A stretch of 64,000 bases of DNA from a bacterium (GTDB taxonomy: Bacteria; SAR324; NAC60-12), in contig CBDDTI010000747.1 of NCBI GenBank assembly GCA_965233585.1, forward strand, positions 224,001 to 288,000, read 5' to 3'. The notes under the pieces were generated by a model. That model ran no database searches and was not told the origin of the DNA. It saw only the letters and a list, made by a program, of their open reading frames with translations. Shown piece by piece: positions 8,843 through 18,544 of this stretch (its first letter is position 1; each line of letters starts with the position of its first letter). A program made the translations under genes and the position numbers.

Positions 8843-9448
8843 ATGAGTAAAAAAATGCAAATGAGCTGCAAGATTTGCAGACGTTTAGGAGTGTCGTTGT
8901 GTGGTTCAAGGAGTTGTGCATTTATCAAACGACCGCAACCACCCGGACAGCATGGAGGAGGAAGACGAAGCAAAGACACCCCTTATGGTATCCAGCTCAA
9001 AGAAAGCCAAAAGTTGCGGTTCTATTATGGTGTCTCTGCCAAACAGTTCAGACGTTACTATGAGTCTGCCTCTAAATCCAGACGCCAAACTAACGTCTAT
9101 CTTGTCCAAATGCTAGAAACCCGACTAGATAACATGGTGTATCGCTTGGGATTCACAGGGACTCTTGCAGCAGCAAGACAGATGGTGTCTCATCGTCATA
9201 TTCTAGTCAATGGCAAGAATGTCAACAAACCTTCTTACTGCGTGAACGTTGGTGATGTCATTGAATTGAGAGAAAAAAGCAAAAAAATTGAACGTTACCA
9301 AGAGTGGTTCAACTTCTTTAAAAACGAGCTTGCATATATTGAACGCAACGAAAGCAATTTTTCTGGTCAATTAACCAGACTCCCTGACAGACATGAAATT
9401 CCCATTCAAGTAGAAGACCAACTTGTTGTAGAGTTCATGGCTAGGTAA
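8843..9448 (+). CDS. rpsD: 30S ribosomal protein S4
   Basis: PPGQHG, YGIQLKESQK, LETRLDNMVYRLG, ARQMVSHRHILVNG, VVEFMAR. Confidence 0.95.
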   Translation: MSKKMQMSCKICRRLGVSLCGSRSCAFIKRPQPPGQHGGGRRSKDTPYGIQLKESQKLRFYYGVSAKQFRRYYESASKSRRQTNVYLVQMLETRLDNMVYRLGFTGTLAAARQMVSHRHILVNGKNVNKPSYCVNVGDVIELREKSKKIERYQEWFNFFKNELAYIERNESNFSGQLTRLPDRHEIPIQVEDQLVVEFMAR

Positions 9449-9499
9449 TACTTTCCTTCTTTGAAATCTCCAATCTCCAAGCCTCTTTTTTTCAAGGAT

Positions 9500-11032
9500 T
9501 TACTCCAGCATTCTGTATTGAATCGCCTCACTCAAGTGAACAGATTCAATAGTAGGGCTTTGGTCAAGGTCTGCGATGGTGCGTGAAACTTTCAAAATAC
9601 GGTAATACGCCCTGGCGCTCAACCCAAATCTTTTGACTGCTGATTCTAGCAAATCTTGGGTCTTTTGTTCCAAAAGAATAAATTGATCCACCTCCCTTGA
9701 ATCCATATCTCCATTGAAGAGGACACGGCTGTTTTGAAAACGTTGCATCTGAATTTCATGGGCAGATTGCACACGTTTTTGAATGTCTTTTGAGCTTTCC
9801 CCAGTAGAACGTGCAGACAAGGTTTCATAGTCAATCGCCGCAATTTTAAGCTGAAGGTCAAAGCGGTCCATCAAAGGTCCTGAAATTTTGGAGCGATACT
9901 TCAAAACCTGTTCTGCTGAACAAGTGCATGTTTTGGGGCTTGAAGGCAAAGCTCCTGCGTATCCGCAGGGGCAAGGATTCATTGCCGCTATCATTAAAAA
10001 ATCACAAGGCAGGTCAACACTAAAATTGGCACGTGCAATTCGCACATGGCGATCTTCCCAAGGCTGCCTGAGTGCCTCAAGGGCATCTCTTCTAAATTCA
10101 GGGAGTTCATCAAGGAACAAAATGCCACGATGAGCCAGAGAAATCTCTCCGGGTTGTGGAATCGTGCGACCTCCCCCAACTAAACCTACTGTGGAAATGG
10201 TATGATTTGGAGAACGGAAAGGACGTTGAGTGATTAAAGATGACCCTTGTAGCTCCCCAACTGCACTGAAAATCCGTGTTACATCAAGAGCCTCTTGCAA
10301 ACGCATAGGGGGTAAAATGGCAGGCATACGGCGTGCCAGCATCGTTTTGCCTGAACCCGGAACCCCGACCATCAAGACATGATGCCGACCTGCCGCTGAA
10401 ACTTCCAATGCTCTTTTGGCTTGTGATTGCCCCTTCACGTCTTGAAAATCTCCGCATGTTTGGGAATGTTCTGCAAGTTCTAACAAATTTTCAATTTGAG
10501 GTGTGACAGTGAGTCGTGTTTGGTCTTGAAAGTGTGCAATGACTTCCAAAAGCGTGTTTGCTCCAAAGACTTCAATGTTAGGAATGATGGTGGCTTCTTT
10601 GGCATTGGAACTTGGCAGAATCATCTTTTTCAAAGCAACTTGTTGCATCATCATTGCAGAACTCAAAGCTCCACACACGTGACGGATTGAGCCGTCAAGT
10701 GCCAGCTCACCCAACATCAGATAATCTTGCAAAGACTCTGGGGGAATCATTTCAAAGCCTCCCAAGATTGCCATCGCAATAGGCAGGTCAAAGCCTGAAC
10801 CCACTTTTTTTAAATTGGCAGGTGCTAAGTTCACTACAATTTTACGAACAGGCAACTTGATTCCACTTTGTTCAAGTGCGGCAAAAATCCGATTTTCACT
10901 TTCACGAACAGCGCTATCAGGCAAACCAACAAGGCTAAATTTGCTCAATCCCCTAGAGACGTGAGCTTCTACTTCAATACGTTCAGCATCTACTCCTACC
11001 AAAGATGCTGAAAAAACACGAGAAACTGTCAT
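9500..11032 (-). CDS. comM: YifB/ComM Mg-chelatase-like AAA+ ATPase
   Basis: VGLPD.AVRES, NLAPA, GVPGSGKT, GEISLAHRGILFLDELPEF, AMNPCPCG. Confidence 0.92.
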   Translation of the reverse strand: MTVSRVFSASLVGVDAERIEVEAHVSRGLSKFSLVGLPDSAVRESENRIFAALEQSGIKLPVRKIVVNLAPANLKKVGSGFDLPIAMAILGGFEMIPPESLQDYLMLGELALDGSIRHVCGALSSAMMMQQVALKKMILPSSNAKEATIIPNIEVFGANTLLEVIAHFQDQTRLTVTPQIENLLELAEHSQTCGDFQDVKGQSQAKRALEVSAAGRHHVLMVGVPGSGKTMLARRMPAILPPMRLQEALDVTRIFSAVGELQGSSLITQRPFRSPNHTISTVGLVGGGRTIPQPGEISLAHRGILFLDELPEFRRDALEALRQPWEDRHVRIARANFSVDLPCDFLMIAAMNPCPCGYAGALPSSPKTCTCSAEQVLKYRSKISGPLMDRFDLQLKIAAIDYETLSARSTGESSKDIQKRVQSAHEIQMQRFQNSRVLFNGDMDSREVDQFILLEQKTQDLLESAVKRFGLSARAYYRILKVSRTIADLDQSPTIESVHLSEAIQYRMLE

Positions 11033-11136
11033 GGGCTTAACAACATGGACTTAAAATTGAGAACCAGAAAGGAGATGTTACCCTAAAGTAGAGTCAATGA
11101 AAAAAGACGTTGAACATTTTGGTTGAGTTGATTAGC

Positions 11137-11227
11137 TGGCGGAGAGAGAGGGATTCGAACCCTCGGTACCCAGAACAGGTACAACAGATTAGCAATCTGC
11201 CACTTTCGGCCTCTCAGTCATCTCTCC
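11137..11227 (-). tRNA. tRNA-Ser(GCT)
   Basis: Minus strand GGAGAGA acceptor stem, anticodon arm GATT-GCT-AATC, long variable arm, GTTCGAATCC, CCA encoded. Confidence 0.95.
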
Positions 11228-11238
11228 AGCTTTGGAAA

Positions 11239-11324
11239 TGGCGGGGGGAGAGGGATTCGAACCCCCGGAACTCGCGTTCAACGGTTTTCAAGACCGCCGG
11301 TTTCAACCACTCACCCATCCCCCC
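11239..11324 (-). tRNA. tRNA-Ser(TGA)
   Basis: Minus strand GGGGGGA acceptor stem, anticodon arm GGTCT-TGA-AAACC, variable arm, GGTTCGAATCC, CCA encoded. Confidence 0.95.
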
Positions 11325-11341
11325 GAAAAATACAGCCTGCC

Positions 11342-11371
11342 ATTGTATAACAACATTTGGGTCTGTGTCAA
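11342..11371 (-). promoter_or_regulatory. Sigma70-type promoter for the tRNA-Ser pair
   Basis: TTGACA-N18-TACAAT just 5' of tRNA-Ser(TGA). Confidence 0.65.
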
Positions 11372-11409
11372 ATACCTCTGTTGCAAATCAAATGTGTCAA
11401 TCTCATGCT

Positions 11410-12597
11410 TCATTCTTTTTTGGCAACAATTACAAATAACTGTCCCGTGCTTTTTTGATGTCCTGCATGAAGTTCTGCATCTGTGCCTCTGCCCCAGAAC
11501 AGGTCAATGCGTCCATGCCCTCTGATGACTCCCCCTGTGTCTTGCGGGGTTGCAAATCTGCTCATTTTTTTGCTTCCAACCTGCTGTCCTTGTTCAAAGA
11601 TACCTTGTTGGGTCTGTATCCATGCAACACTCCCCATTGGGATTAAGCGATAATCTACGGCGATAGAACGTTTAGCCGTCAAAGGCTCGCCCATGTAGCC
11701 TATTGGACCAGAGCCGACTTCGTTTTCTCTAAAAAAAACATAGCTTGGATTATAGAATAAAATTTCATCTATTTCTTCAGGGTGTTCGTAAAGATATTTT
11801 TTTAAGGACTGCATTGAGACTTCTTCACGTTTCATTTTTCCTTGTTGAATCAAAAGTCTTCCAATGGAGCGGTAAGGTAGCCCGTTCTTTCCTGCATAAT
11901 TGAGTTGCATCAATGACCTATCTGGCAGTTGCATGAGACCAGAACCTTGAATTTGCAAGAAAAATAACTCAATGTGATGTGTGGTGTAGGCAAGGACTTC
12001 TACACGATTTTGCAAAGAAAACTGACCAACAATTTCTTTGCGAGAGTCATAAGGTACTAATTGATGACCTTGCACTTTTCCCAAGATGGTTTGCTTGGGA
12101 AGTTTTGAACCGAATTGCGACAAATTGACACGGATTAAGTCTTGGGGTTTAGCATAAATCGGCACAGGGTATTGCTGACTTGGTTCTTTTGAACCTTGAA
12201 TGATTGGCTCATAGTATCCCGTAAAAAAGGCTTGTTGCTTCTTGTTCCTGCTTTCAAAAACAAAAAATTCTTCTGCAATCAATTCTGCACGTTCTTTCCC
12301 TTGAGTGTTCTTGAGAATCTCTAACAACCTTGCGTTTGATGCAATCAGCTCTTTGGCAGAATAGCTTTTTTCTCCAAAAGAAAAACGTTTCCCATCAGGC
12401 ATACGTTTGTAAAAATTTTCAGAGTGTTGCAACGCTTCTTCAAGCGAGCTTAAAGGCAAGTCGTCTTCCCACCTCATGCTTTTGACCTCATGGCTGGAAA
12501 GCAACTTAAATGGAATTTGTGCAGATTGACAGGCATTTAAAATTGCCAAAAGACACAATAATTTAAAAAGATTTTTGAGCTGTCTTTGTAGATTCAC
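11410..12597 (-). CDS. mltA: Membrane-bound lytic murein transglycosylase A (lipoprotein)
   Basis: Lipobox LNAC, FTGYYEP, FFLQIQGSG, NPSYVFF, RSIAVD, QDTGG.I.G.GRIDLFWG. Confidence 0.92.
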   Translation of the reverse strand: MNLQRQLKNLFKLLCLLAILNACQSAQIPFKLLSSHEVKSMRWEDDLPLSSLEEALQHSENFYKRMPDGKRFSFGEKSYSAKELIASNARLLEILKNTQGKERAELIAEEFFVFESRNKKQQAFFTGYYEPIIQGSKEPSQQYPVPIYAKPQDLIRVNLSQFGSKLPKQTILGKVQGHQLVPYDSRKEIVGQFSLQNRVEVLAYTTHHIELFFLQIQGSGLMQLPDRSLMQLNYAGKNGLPYRSIGRLLIQQGKMKREEVSMQSLKKYLYEHPEEIDEILFYNPSYVFFRENEVGSGPIGYMGEPLTAKRSIAVDYRLIPMGSVAWIQTQQGIFEQGQQVGSKKMSRFATPQDTGGVIRGHGRIDLFWGRGTDAELHAGHQKSTGQLFVIVAKKE

Positions 12598-12612
12598 TTT
12601 TTTAGGGAAAAA

Positions 12613-13797
12613 TTAAGATGAGGTTGAAAATTCTTGTTTCAGTGCATCAAGCCCTTGTTTAAGAAAGGATTGAGAAGTTGCAATATTCAATCTAAAAAAA
12701 CCCCTGCCAATTTGGGGGTTTCTAAAAAATTCTCCACCCCCAAAGTCTGTGCCACTATTGAGAGCTAATTTAGCATTGTCAATCAACCGTTTTTGAATTT
12801 GTGCATGCGACTGCCCTAGCAGATTAAAATCAATCCAAATCAAATAGGTTGCCTCTGGAGTGATGGGTTTTAAAACAGGAATTTGATTTTTAATGTAATT
12901 GATAGCAAAGTCTCTGTTTTTCTGTAAGTGAACCATCAAAGCCTCTAACCAATCTTGGCATTCATTGTATGCAGCAATCGTGGCATAAGTGCCTAAAAGA
13001 TTTGGGAAAATGTGATACTTTTCCAGAATGGGGGCAAGTTTTTGAAGTAAACGATGGTTGCGTGAGACAATGTAGGCGGTTGAAAGACCTGCAATGTTAT
13101 AGGCTTTGCTGGCAGAATCCAATATGATTGCGATGTCGTGAGCTTTGTCAAAGCTCAAAACAGAATGGAATTGATGGGGTTGATACACAATCTCACTGTG
13201 GACTTCATCACTCACTAAAATGACCTGATGTTCAAGGCACAAATCAATGATCTTTGAAAGTTCATCTTGGTTAAACAAACGTCCTGACGGATTGTGAGGG
13301 TGGCAAAGCAGAAGTAGCCCCACTTGTTTTAACTTCTGTTCTAAATCGTCAAAATCAATTTCGTAGCGCTGTCCTTGTAAAATCAATATATTTTCTAAAA
13401 CAAGGCGGCGATTTTCTAAAACAACCCTATAAAAAGGGTGATACACCGGGGGTTGAAACAAAACCAATTCTTGTTCTTTAGAAAATGCTTGCACACATGC
13501 ACTCAAAGCAGGCACAACACCATGAGTCAGCAAGATTTGTTCTTTCTGTAAGGTGATGTTTTGACGTTGATAGCGATTGATGATGCTTGTGAAGAAGTCA
13601 GGTGGTGTGGTCGTGTATCCGTAAATGTGATGACTCATTCTGTCCTGTAATGCCTTGACGATTGGCTCTGCTGCAACAAAGTCCATATCTGCCACCCAAA
13701 ACGGCATCAAGTCCACCGCACCAAATTTTTGGTTTAATGTGTCATATTTGTAACAATCGCTATTTTTTCTTAAAACGCTATTTTCAAAATCCATCAC
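12613..13797 (-). CDS. MalY/PatB-family PLP-dependent C-S lyase
   Basis: PFWVADMDF, CHPHNPSG, SDEVH, SKAYNIAG, EATYLIWIDF, FFRLN. Confidence 0.9.
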   Translation of the reverse strand: MMDFENSVLRKNSDCYKYDTLNQKFGAVDLMPFWVADMDFVAAEPIVKALQDRMSHHIYGYTTTPPDFFTSIINRYQRQNITLQKEQILLTHGVVPALSACVQAFSKEQELVLFQPPVYHPFYRVVLENRRLVLENILILQGQRYEIDFDDLEQKLKQVGLLLLCHPHNPSGRLFNQDELSKIIDLCLEHQVILVSDEVHSEIVYQPHQFHSVLSFDKAHDIAIILDSASKAYNIAGLSTAYIVSRNHRLLQKLAPILEKYHIFPNLLGTYATIAAYNECQDWLEALMVHLQKNRDFAINYIKNQIPVLKPITPEATYLIWIDFNLLGQSHAQIQKRLIDNAKLALNSGTDFGGGEFFRNPQIGRGFFRLNIATSQSFLKQGLDALKQEFSTSS

Positions 13798-14063
13798 GCA
13801 CCTTCATTCCAAAACAAATTCATAGTTATCTCATCAAATGGCTGTTTTTGCAAACATCAGCAGGATTTTTTTTGATTCTCTTTTCAATCAAAAATGATTT
13901 GTTTGATAAGTTAGTGATTTTTGTTATAAAAAATGATTTTAGGGAGGTTGAAAAAGACTAGACTCTTTTATTTGCTTTTGGTAGCATGCTCCACTTTTAA
14001 ACATTGTGTTTAAGGGTATTTTTTGACCAAAAGAGCAAAAAACTCCTCCTTAAATAAATTTTT

Positions 14064-14978
14064 ATGAAAAATTCAGATTGGATATTGGTGGTTTCGTTGG
14101 GAGTGATTTGGGGGGCAAGTTTCTTTTTTAATGAAGTTCTGCTCAAGACATTTAGCCCCTTTATGATTGTCTATTTGCGGGTGGCTATTGCGGCTTTGTT
14201 CTTGTTGGCAGTTGTTTTAACAAAAAAACAACATTTTAAATTAACAATGGAGAATATTTTGAACCTGTCTGTCATGGCGCTGCTGAACAATGTGATTCCT
14301 TTTTCGTTGATTACCTATGGTCAAGAGAGCATCACAGGGGGTTTAGCATCTATTTTAAATGCCAACACAGCTTTTGCGACGATTATTTTGGCATCGTTGA
14401 TGCTGCCAAACGAAAGGCTTGTTGCTCATAGATTAGTGGGGGTGGTTATTGGCATCTTCGGGGTGATTTGTGCGGTTGGGTATGAAAATATCTTACAATT
14501 TGGTCATGATGGCATCGGTAAGTATTTGGTGATTTGTGCAAGTATTTCCTACGCTTTTGCTAGTGTTTGGGGTAAAAAACGTTTGCATCATTTGTCTCCT
14601 ATGATCTCAGCAACAGGTATGTTAACGATGAGTACTCTGATTTTATCGCCTTATGTCTTGACTGTGCATGGTGAGGAATTGTTATTACTTGATTTTGTCA
14701 CATCATACTATGCTGTTGGTTTGGGAGTTCTGTGTTCTGGCATTGCTTATCTTTTGTTCTTTAGAATTTTAGAAAGTTCAGGAGCAGGAAATGTGATGAT
14801 TAGCACTTTGATTATTCCCCCAGCTGCTATTTTCTTAAATTCTATGATGTTAGAACAAACGGTAACTATGGTAGAATTTTACGGTTTGATGATTATTTCT
14901 GTGGGGCTTCTCATCATAGATGGACGTATGGCTATACACCTCAAGAGTCTTTTCAAGCTAACTCGTTGGAAAATTTAA
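14064..14978 (+). CDS. DMT/EamA-family transporter
   Basis: IWGASF, NNVIPFSLI, GLASILNA; about 10 TM segments. Confidence 0.9.
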   Translation: MKNSDWILVVSLGVIWGASFFFNEVLLKTFSPFMIVYLRVAIAALFLLAVVLTKKQHFKLTMENILNLSVMALLNNVIPFSLITYGQESITGGLASILNANTAFATIILASLMLPNERLVAHRLVGVVIGIFGVICAVGYENILQFGHDGIGKYLVICASISYAFASVWGKKRLHHLSPMISATGMLTMSTLILSPYVLTVHGEELLLLDFVTSYYAVGLGVLCSGIAYLLFFRILESSGAGNVMISTLIIPPAAIFLNSMMLEQTVTMVEFYGLMIISVGLLIIDGRMAIHLKSLFKLTRWKI

Positions 14979-16957
14979 AAAACTCACTTCAACACTTTGC
15001 CATCGGTTTATTGTGGTCTGGTACTGCTGTTTTTCATTACTGGAGCATCAACGGCAAGCTGCACCACATCAGCAGTTTTTTCCTTGAAATCCCTCTTTTC
15101 ATTGTCATAGGTGCTTTACTTTATTGGGGAATTGCCTTTGCTTTGGTTTGCAAAAAAACCAAAACTCAAAATTCCCTTTTGTCAGTTCAACTTGCTTTGT
15201 CGGTTTTTTTCCTTTTCATAGGACCCCATAGACAGCTCAATCAGGTCATTCATGGTGCAGTATTTATTGCCTACATCAGTTGTCTTGGTGTGTTCATTTC
15301 ATGGTTATTTTGGAAGTTTCACCGTAAGGCAAAGCCTACCATTTTAGTTTTTCTTGTGGTCTTTGGTGTGTCTCGTGCTTATGAGAGCCTTGTTATTCTC
15401 AATCAACAATTTCAAGAATATCAACACCTTCAACAATCTTTTTCTCAAGACTCTATCCAGAAGTTTCTTGGTCAATTTCAAGATGACAGTTTTAAGCACC
15501 CTTTCAACATCTATCAGCTCTCCATTGACTCTTATCCTAATTTGGTAGGTTACCAACGTTTTGGAATAGACAATTCTGCATTTTATCAATGGCTTGAAGA
15601 CAAAAATTTTAAGACCTATCCTCATGCGGCATCAAATGGCTATGACACCTTCAGAACATTGACAATGATGTGGATTATGAAGTTGATTTATCCCAAACCT
15701 CATCAAAAAGAATTACTTACCTATGATGCGTATTTTGGGAAAAATGAGGTCTTTGCACGTTTGACAAATCAAAATTACATGATCTATTGCCATTACCCTT
15801 GCACAACACATGAAAAATCGCCAAAACCTGCTGTGTTGAGTAATTTGAAGTCAACAGATGACGCCATCATTTATTCTTTTTTCACTCGCTACCTTTTGGC
15901 TTATTATTTTTCAAATGAGGTGGTGGAGTGGTTTGTAGGTCAGAGAGATGCTTTGCCTAAAGGGACAGCAACGCATATACAACATTACTACAATGCCATA
16001 GCAGACCTTGAAATTGCTAAAAAACAAACAGCTTACAAGCAAGGCTACATTTTTTTACATGACAACTGGCAAAGAACCAGAACTCAAGAAGGCTTAGAAG
16101 AGGTGAATTTTGAAGTCAAAACCATCATTGATGATATTTTAAAACGTGACCCGCAGAGCATTATCATAGTCAGTAGCGATCATGGTAGCCGCCCAGAATG
16201 GACAACGCCTTACACTGATTTACCAATTCATAATTTTGGGGTCATGCAAGCGATTCGTTGGCCCAAAGTTTGTGAACGTTTTAAAAGCGTGGAACAAATC
16301 ACAGGAGTCAATTTTTTCCGTTACATTTTTGCTTGTCTCAATGACTGGGAAGTCCCTCGTCATCTTGAACCAGACGATGGCTACATGGAGAGTCTTTCAA
16401 GAAATGACAACAAATATTTTGGTCTTTTTCTCAATGTGAAAGATGGCAAGTTTCTTGACTTGCCACAAGATGTCAGTGGTGCCATGAGTCATCAAGAAAT
16501 CAAGACAATCTTTGCAAATGTCAAGCAACAAAATCAATTTCATCAAAAACTTTACTCTGCCAAAGGAGAGGCGATAATCAATTCCACAACGAAAAGATAC
16601 TTTTGCCGTGCAAATAGGTTATGTATCAATGCACCCTCGCAAATTCTTTATCCATTGACGGGCAAAGAATCTCTTTTGACATTTAAATATGGACTTGAAA
16701 AAGAGCTTGCTGGTCAGCATAAGGGAGTCTGCTTTCAGGTTGATTTGAAAAATCAGCAAAAAACCCTTAATGTCTGGCAAGACTGCATCTTAAATCAAGA
16801 CCAATCTCAAAAAATTGGAAAGAAGGCAGCCATTCAAATTCCAACAGGTCAATACCAATCTATCCTTTTCAAAAGCTATTGCTTAAATGGTGAATGTGTG
16901 GAGGCAAAAGCATCTTGGGGAGGGGATTTATTTTATGAAGATTTTCAAATTCGCTAA
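14966..16957 (+). CDS. Membrane-anchored alkaline-phosphatase/sulfatase-superfamily transferase
   Basis: About 5 N-terminal TMs, NIYQLSIDSY and SIIIVSSDHG motifs; start codon uncertain (TTG). Confidence 0.6.
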   Translation: MENLKNSLQHFAIGLLWSGTAVFHYWSINGKLHHISSFFLEIPLFIVIGALLYWGIAFALVCKKTKTQNSLLSVQLALSVFFLFIGPHRQLNQVIHGAVFIAYISCLGVFISWLFWKFHRKAKPTILVFLVVFGVSRAYESLVILNQQFQEYQHLQQSFSQDSIQKFLGQFQDDSFKHPFNIYQLSIDSYPNLVGYQRFGIDNSAFYQWLEDKNFKTYPHAASNGYDTFRTLTMMWIMKLIYPKPHQKELLTYDAYFGKNEVFARLTNQNYMIYCHYPCTTHEKSPKPAVLSNLKSTDDAIIYSFFTRYLLAYYFSNEVVEWFVGQRDALPKGTATHIQHYYNAIADLEIAKKQTAYKQGYIFLHDNWQRTRTQEGLEEVNFEVKTIIDDILKRDPQSIIIVSSDHGSRPEWTTPYTDLPIHNFGVMQAIRWPKVCERFKSVEQITGVNFFRYIFACLNDWEVPRHLEPDDGYMESLSRNDNKYFGLFLNVKDGKFLDLPQDVSGAMSHQEIKTIFANVKQQNQFHQKLYSAKGEAIINSTTKRYFCRANRLCINAPSQILYPLTGKESLLTFKYGLEKELAGQHKGVCFQVDLKNQQKTLNVWQDCILNQDQSQKIGKKAAIQIPTGQYQSILFKSYCLNGECVEAKASWGGDLFYEDFQIR

Positions 16958-17093
16958 ACTGTTCTCAAATTTAGAATTTGCCTTAAATTTATTAGCAACT
17001 TTTTGAAATAAGACTTAGAATAACCCCTTTCGTATTCATCTGGTTGCAATGTCCACCGTTTCAATGATGTGATGAAGCCAACTTTTCTCAATC

Positions 17094-18410
17094 ATGTCCA
17101 ATTCTTTTAACTTAAAATCATCAATCCAGTCCTTTCTTTATTTGGCATTAAATTTACCAATCGTTTGCCATTATGACAGGCTGTTCCGATTTTTACCTTC
17201 ATTCTTACAAAAATACGTCCTTCGTTTGCTGAGGTATGAAGGTGAGTTGTTTTCTGTCAAAGGTGGGGTCATCAAAGGTTGGGCGTGGTGTGCTTATAAA
17301 CCAAACTTGCCAATCCAAGTTGATGTTTACAATGGCAACATTCGTTTAATGACTATCAATGCCAATTTGTCAGATGTTTCAAAAAATGGTGGAGGCACGC
17401 ATGGCTTTCTGTGTCAACTTCCAACAAATTCAAACTTTCCTATTTCTGTCATCAGAATCAAATATGCAGGCACTTCAATTGAATTGAAACATCACAGTCC
17501 CAAGCTAGTAGGTCAGCACTCTGAAGACATGATTTTAACTGACGTGCCTTGGGTGCATTCTCCCTTCTTTAAAAAATTGCTAGATAGCAAGTGTCAAAAT
17601 GATGAACAAAAACAGCTGGCAACTCAATTCCACCAAGAAGGCTATGCGATTATTGAAGATGTTATCAATGACCAGAACGTTGCAGAACTCATTGATGCCG
17701 TACAACCGCTTTTTAATGCTGAAGTCCAAGAAGGACCACGAAGCTATTACAGAGTTCAAGATGCTTGGCAAGAAGCCCCAATCGTCCGCCACTTAGCAGC
17801 CAATCCCAAAATCTATGAAATCTTGAGGTTTTTGTATGGTAGAGAACCCCTACCCTTCCAAACACTAAACTTTAAGTATGGATCGCAACAAAGAAATCAT
17901 TCTGACATGATCCATTTTAGCTCTTTACCAAGTCAATATATGTGTGGAATATGGGTTGCATTAGAAGATTTGCACAGTCACAACGGACCCTTGTTTTACT
18001 ATGCAGGTTCTCACCATGAAAGAGACTACACTTATTACGACATGATTCTTTCTGCCCAGAGTCAAAAACGAAGTTATGAAGATTTTATAGAACAGCTGAT
18101 GCAAGCCAAAAACTACCAAAAGAAAGAACTCCATGTGAAGAAAGGGAGTGCTTTAATTTGGGCGGCAAACTTGGTTCATGGGGGCATGCCCATTTTAGAA
18201 AAAGGAAGCACTCGTTGGTCTCAAGTGACTCATTATTTTTTTGAGAATTGTTTGTATTACTCTCCACGTGATTCCAACCCAATCACAGGTGATTATTGCT
18301 TGCTTCATTTAAAAGATATTACAACAGGCAAGCCACTCCAACACACATATCATGGACTGCCAGTTCGTTTGAAAAATATTGGCAACCATCGTTATAAAAT
18401 TTCTTTTTAA
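17094..18410 (+). CDS. Phytanoyl-CoA dioxygenase (PhyH)-family Fe(II)/2-oxoglutarate oxygenase with N-terminal extra domain
   Basis: FQTLNF, HSD (HxD), WVALED, NGPL.YY.GSH, W.ANLVHGG, TRWSQVTHY. Confidence 0.85.
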   Translation: MSNSFNLKSSIQSFLYLALNLPIVCHYDRLFRFLPSFLQKYVLRLLRYEGELFSVKGGVIKGWAWCAYKPNLPIQVDVYNGNIRLMTINANLSDVSKNGGGTHGFLCQLPTNSNFPISVIRIKYAGTSIELKHHSPKLVGQHSEDMILTDVPWVHSPFFKKLLDSKCQNDEQKQLATQFHQEGYAIIEDVINDQNVAELIDAVQPLFNAEVQEGPRSYYRVQDAWQEAPIVRHLAANPKIYEILRFLYGREPLPFQTLNFKYGSQQRNHSDMIHFSSLPSQYMCGIWVALEDLHSHNGPLFYYAGSHHERDYTYYDMILSAQSQKRSYEDFIEQLMQAKNYQKKELHVKKGSALIWAANLVHGGMPILEKGSTRWSQVTHYFFENCLYYSPRDSNPITGDYCLLHLKDITTGKPLQHTYHGLPVRLKNIGNHRYKISF

Positions 18411-18544
18411 AGTCCATTTTTGGGGCAAGATGTTGTCAAACTAGCAAAGTCTTTGCAGTGTCTATTTGAAGCTACGATTTGGTAGCACTTGAATATGTCT
18501 TTTCACTAAGGCATTGTTTAACTTAATTTTAATTGGATCAATCT

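Noticed and set aside
11033..11324. tRNA-Ser as an integration site for a prophage or island
   Set aside because: No integrase and no duplicated tRNA 3' end seen; comM follows directly
11239..11324. tRNA with 'TGA' read as selC or a UGA suppressor
   Set aside because: Anticodon UGA decodes UCA (Ser); tRNA-Sec needs anticodon UCA and an 8-bp acceptor stem
11110..11525. ORFs 11110-11439 and 11232-11525
   Set aside because: Antisense shadows of the two tRNA-Ser genes
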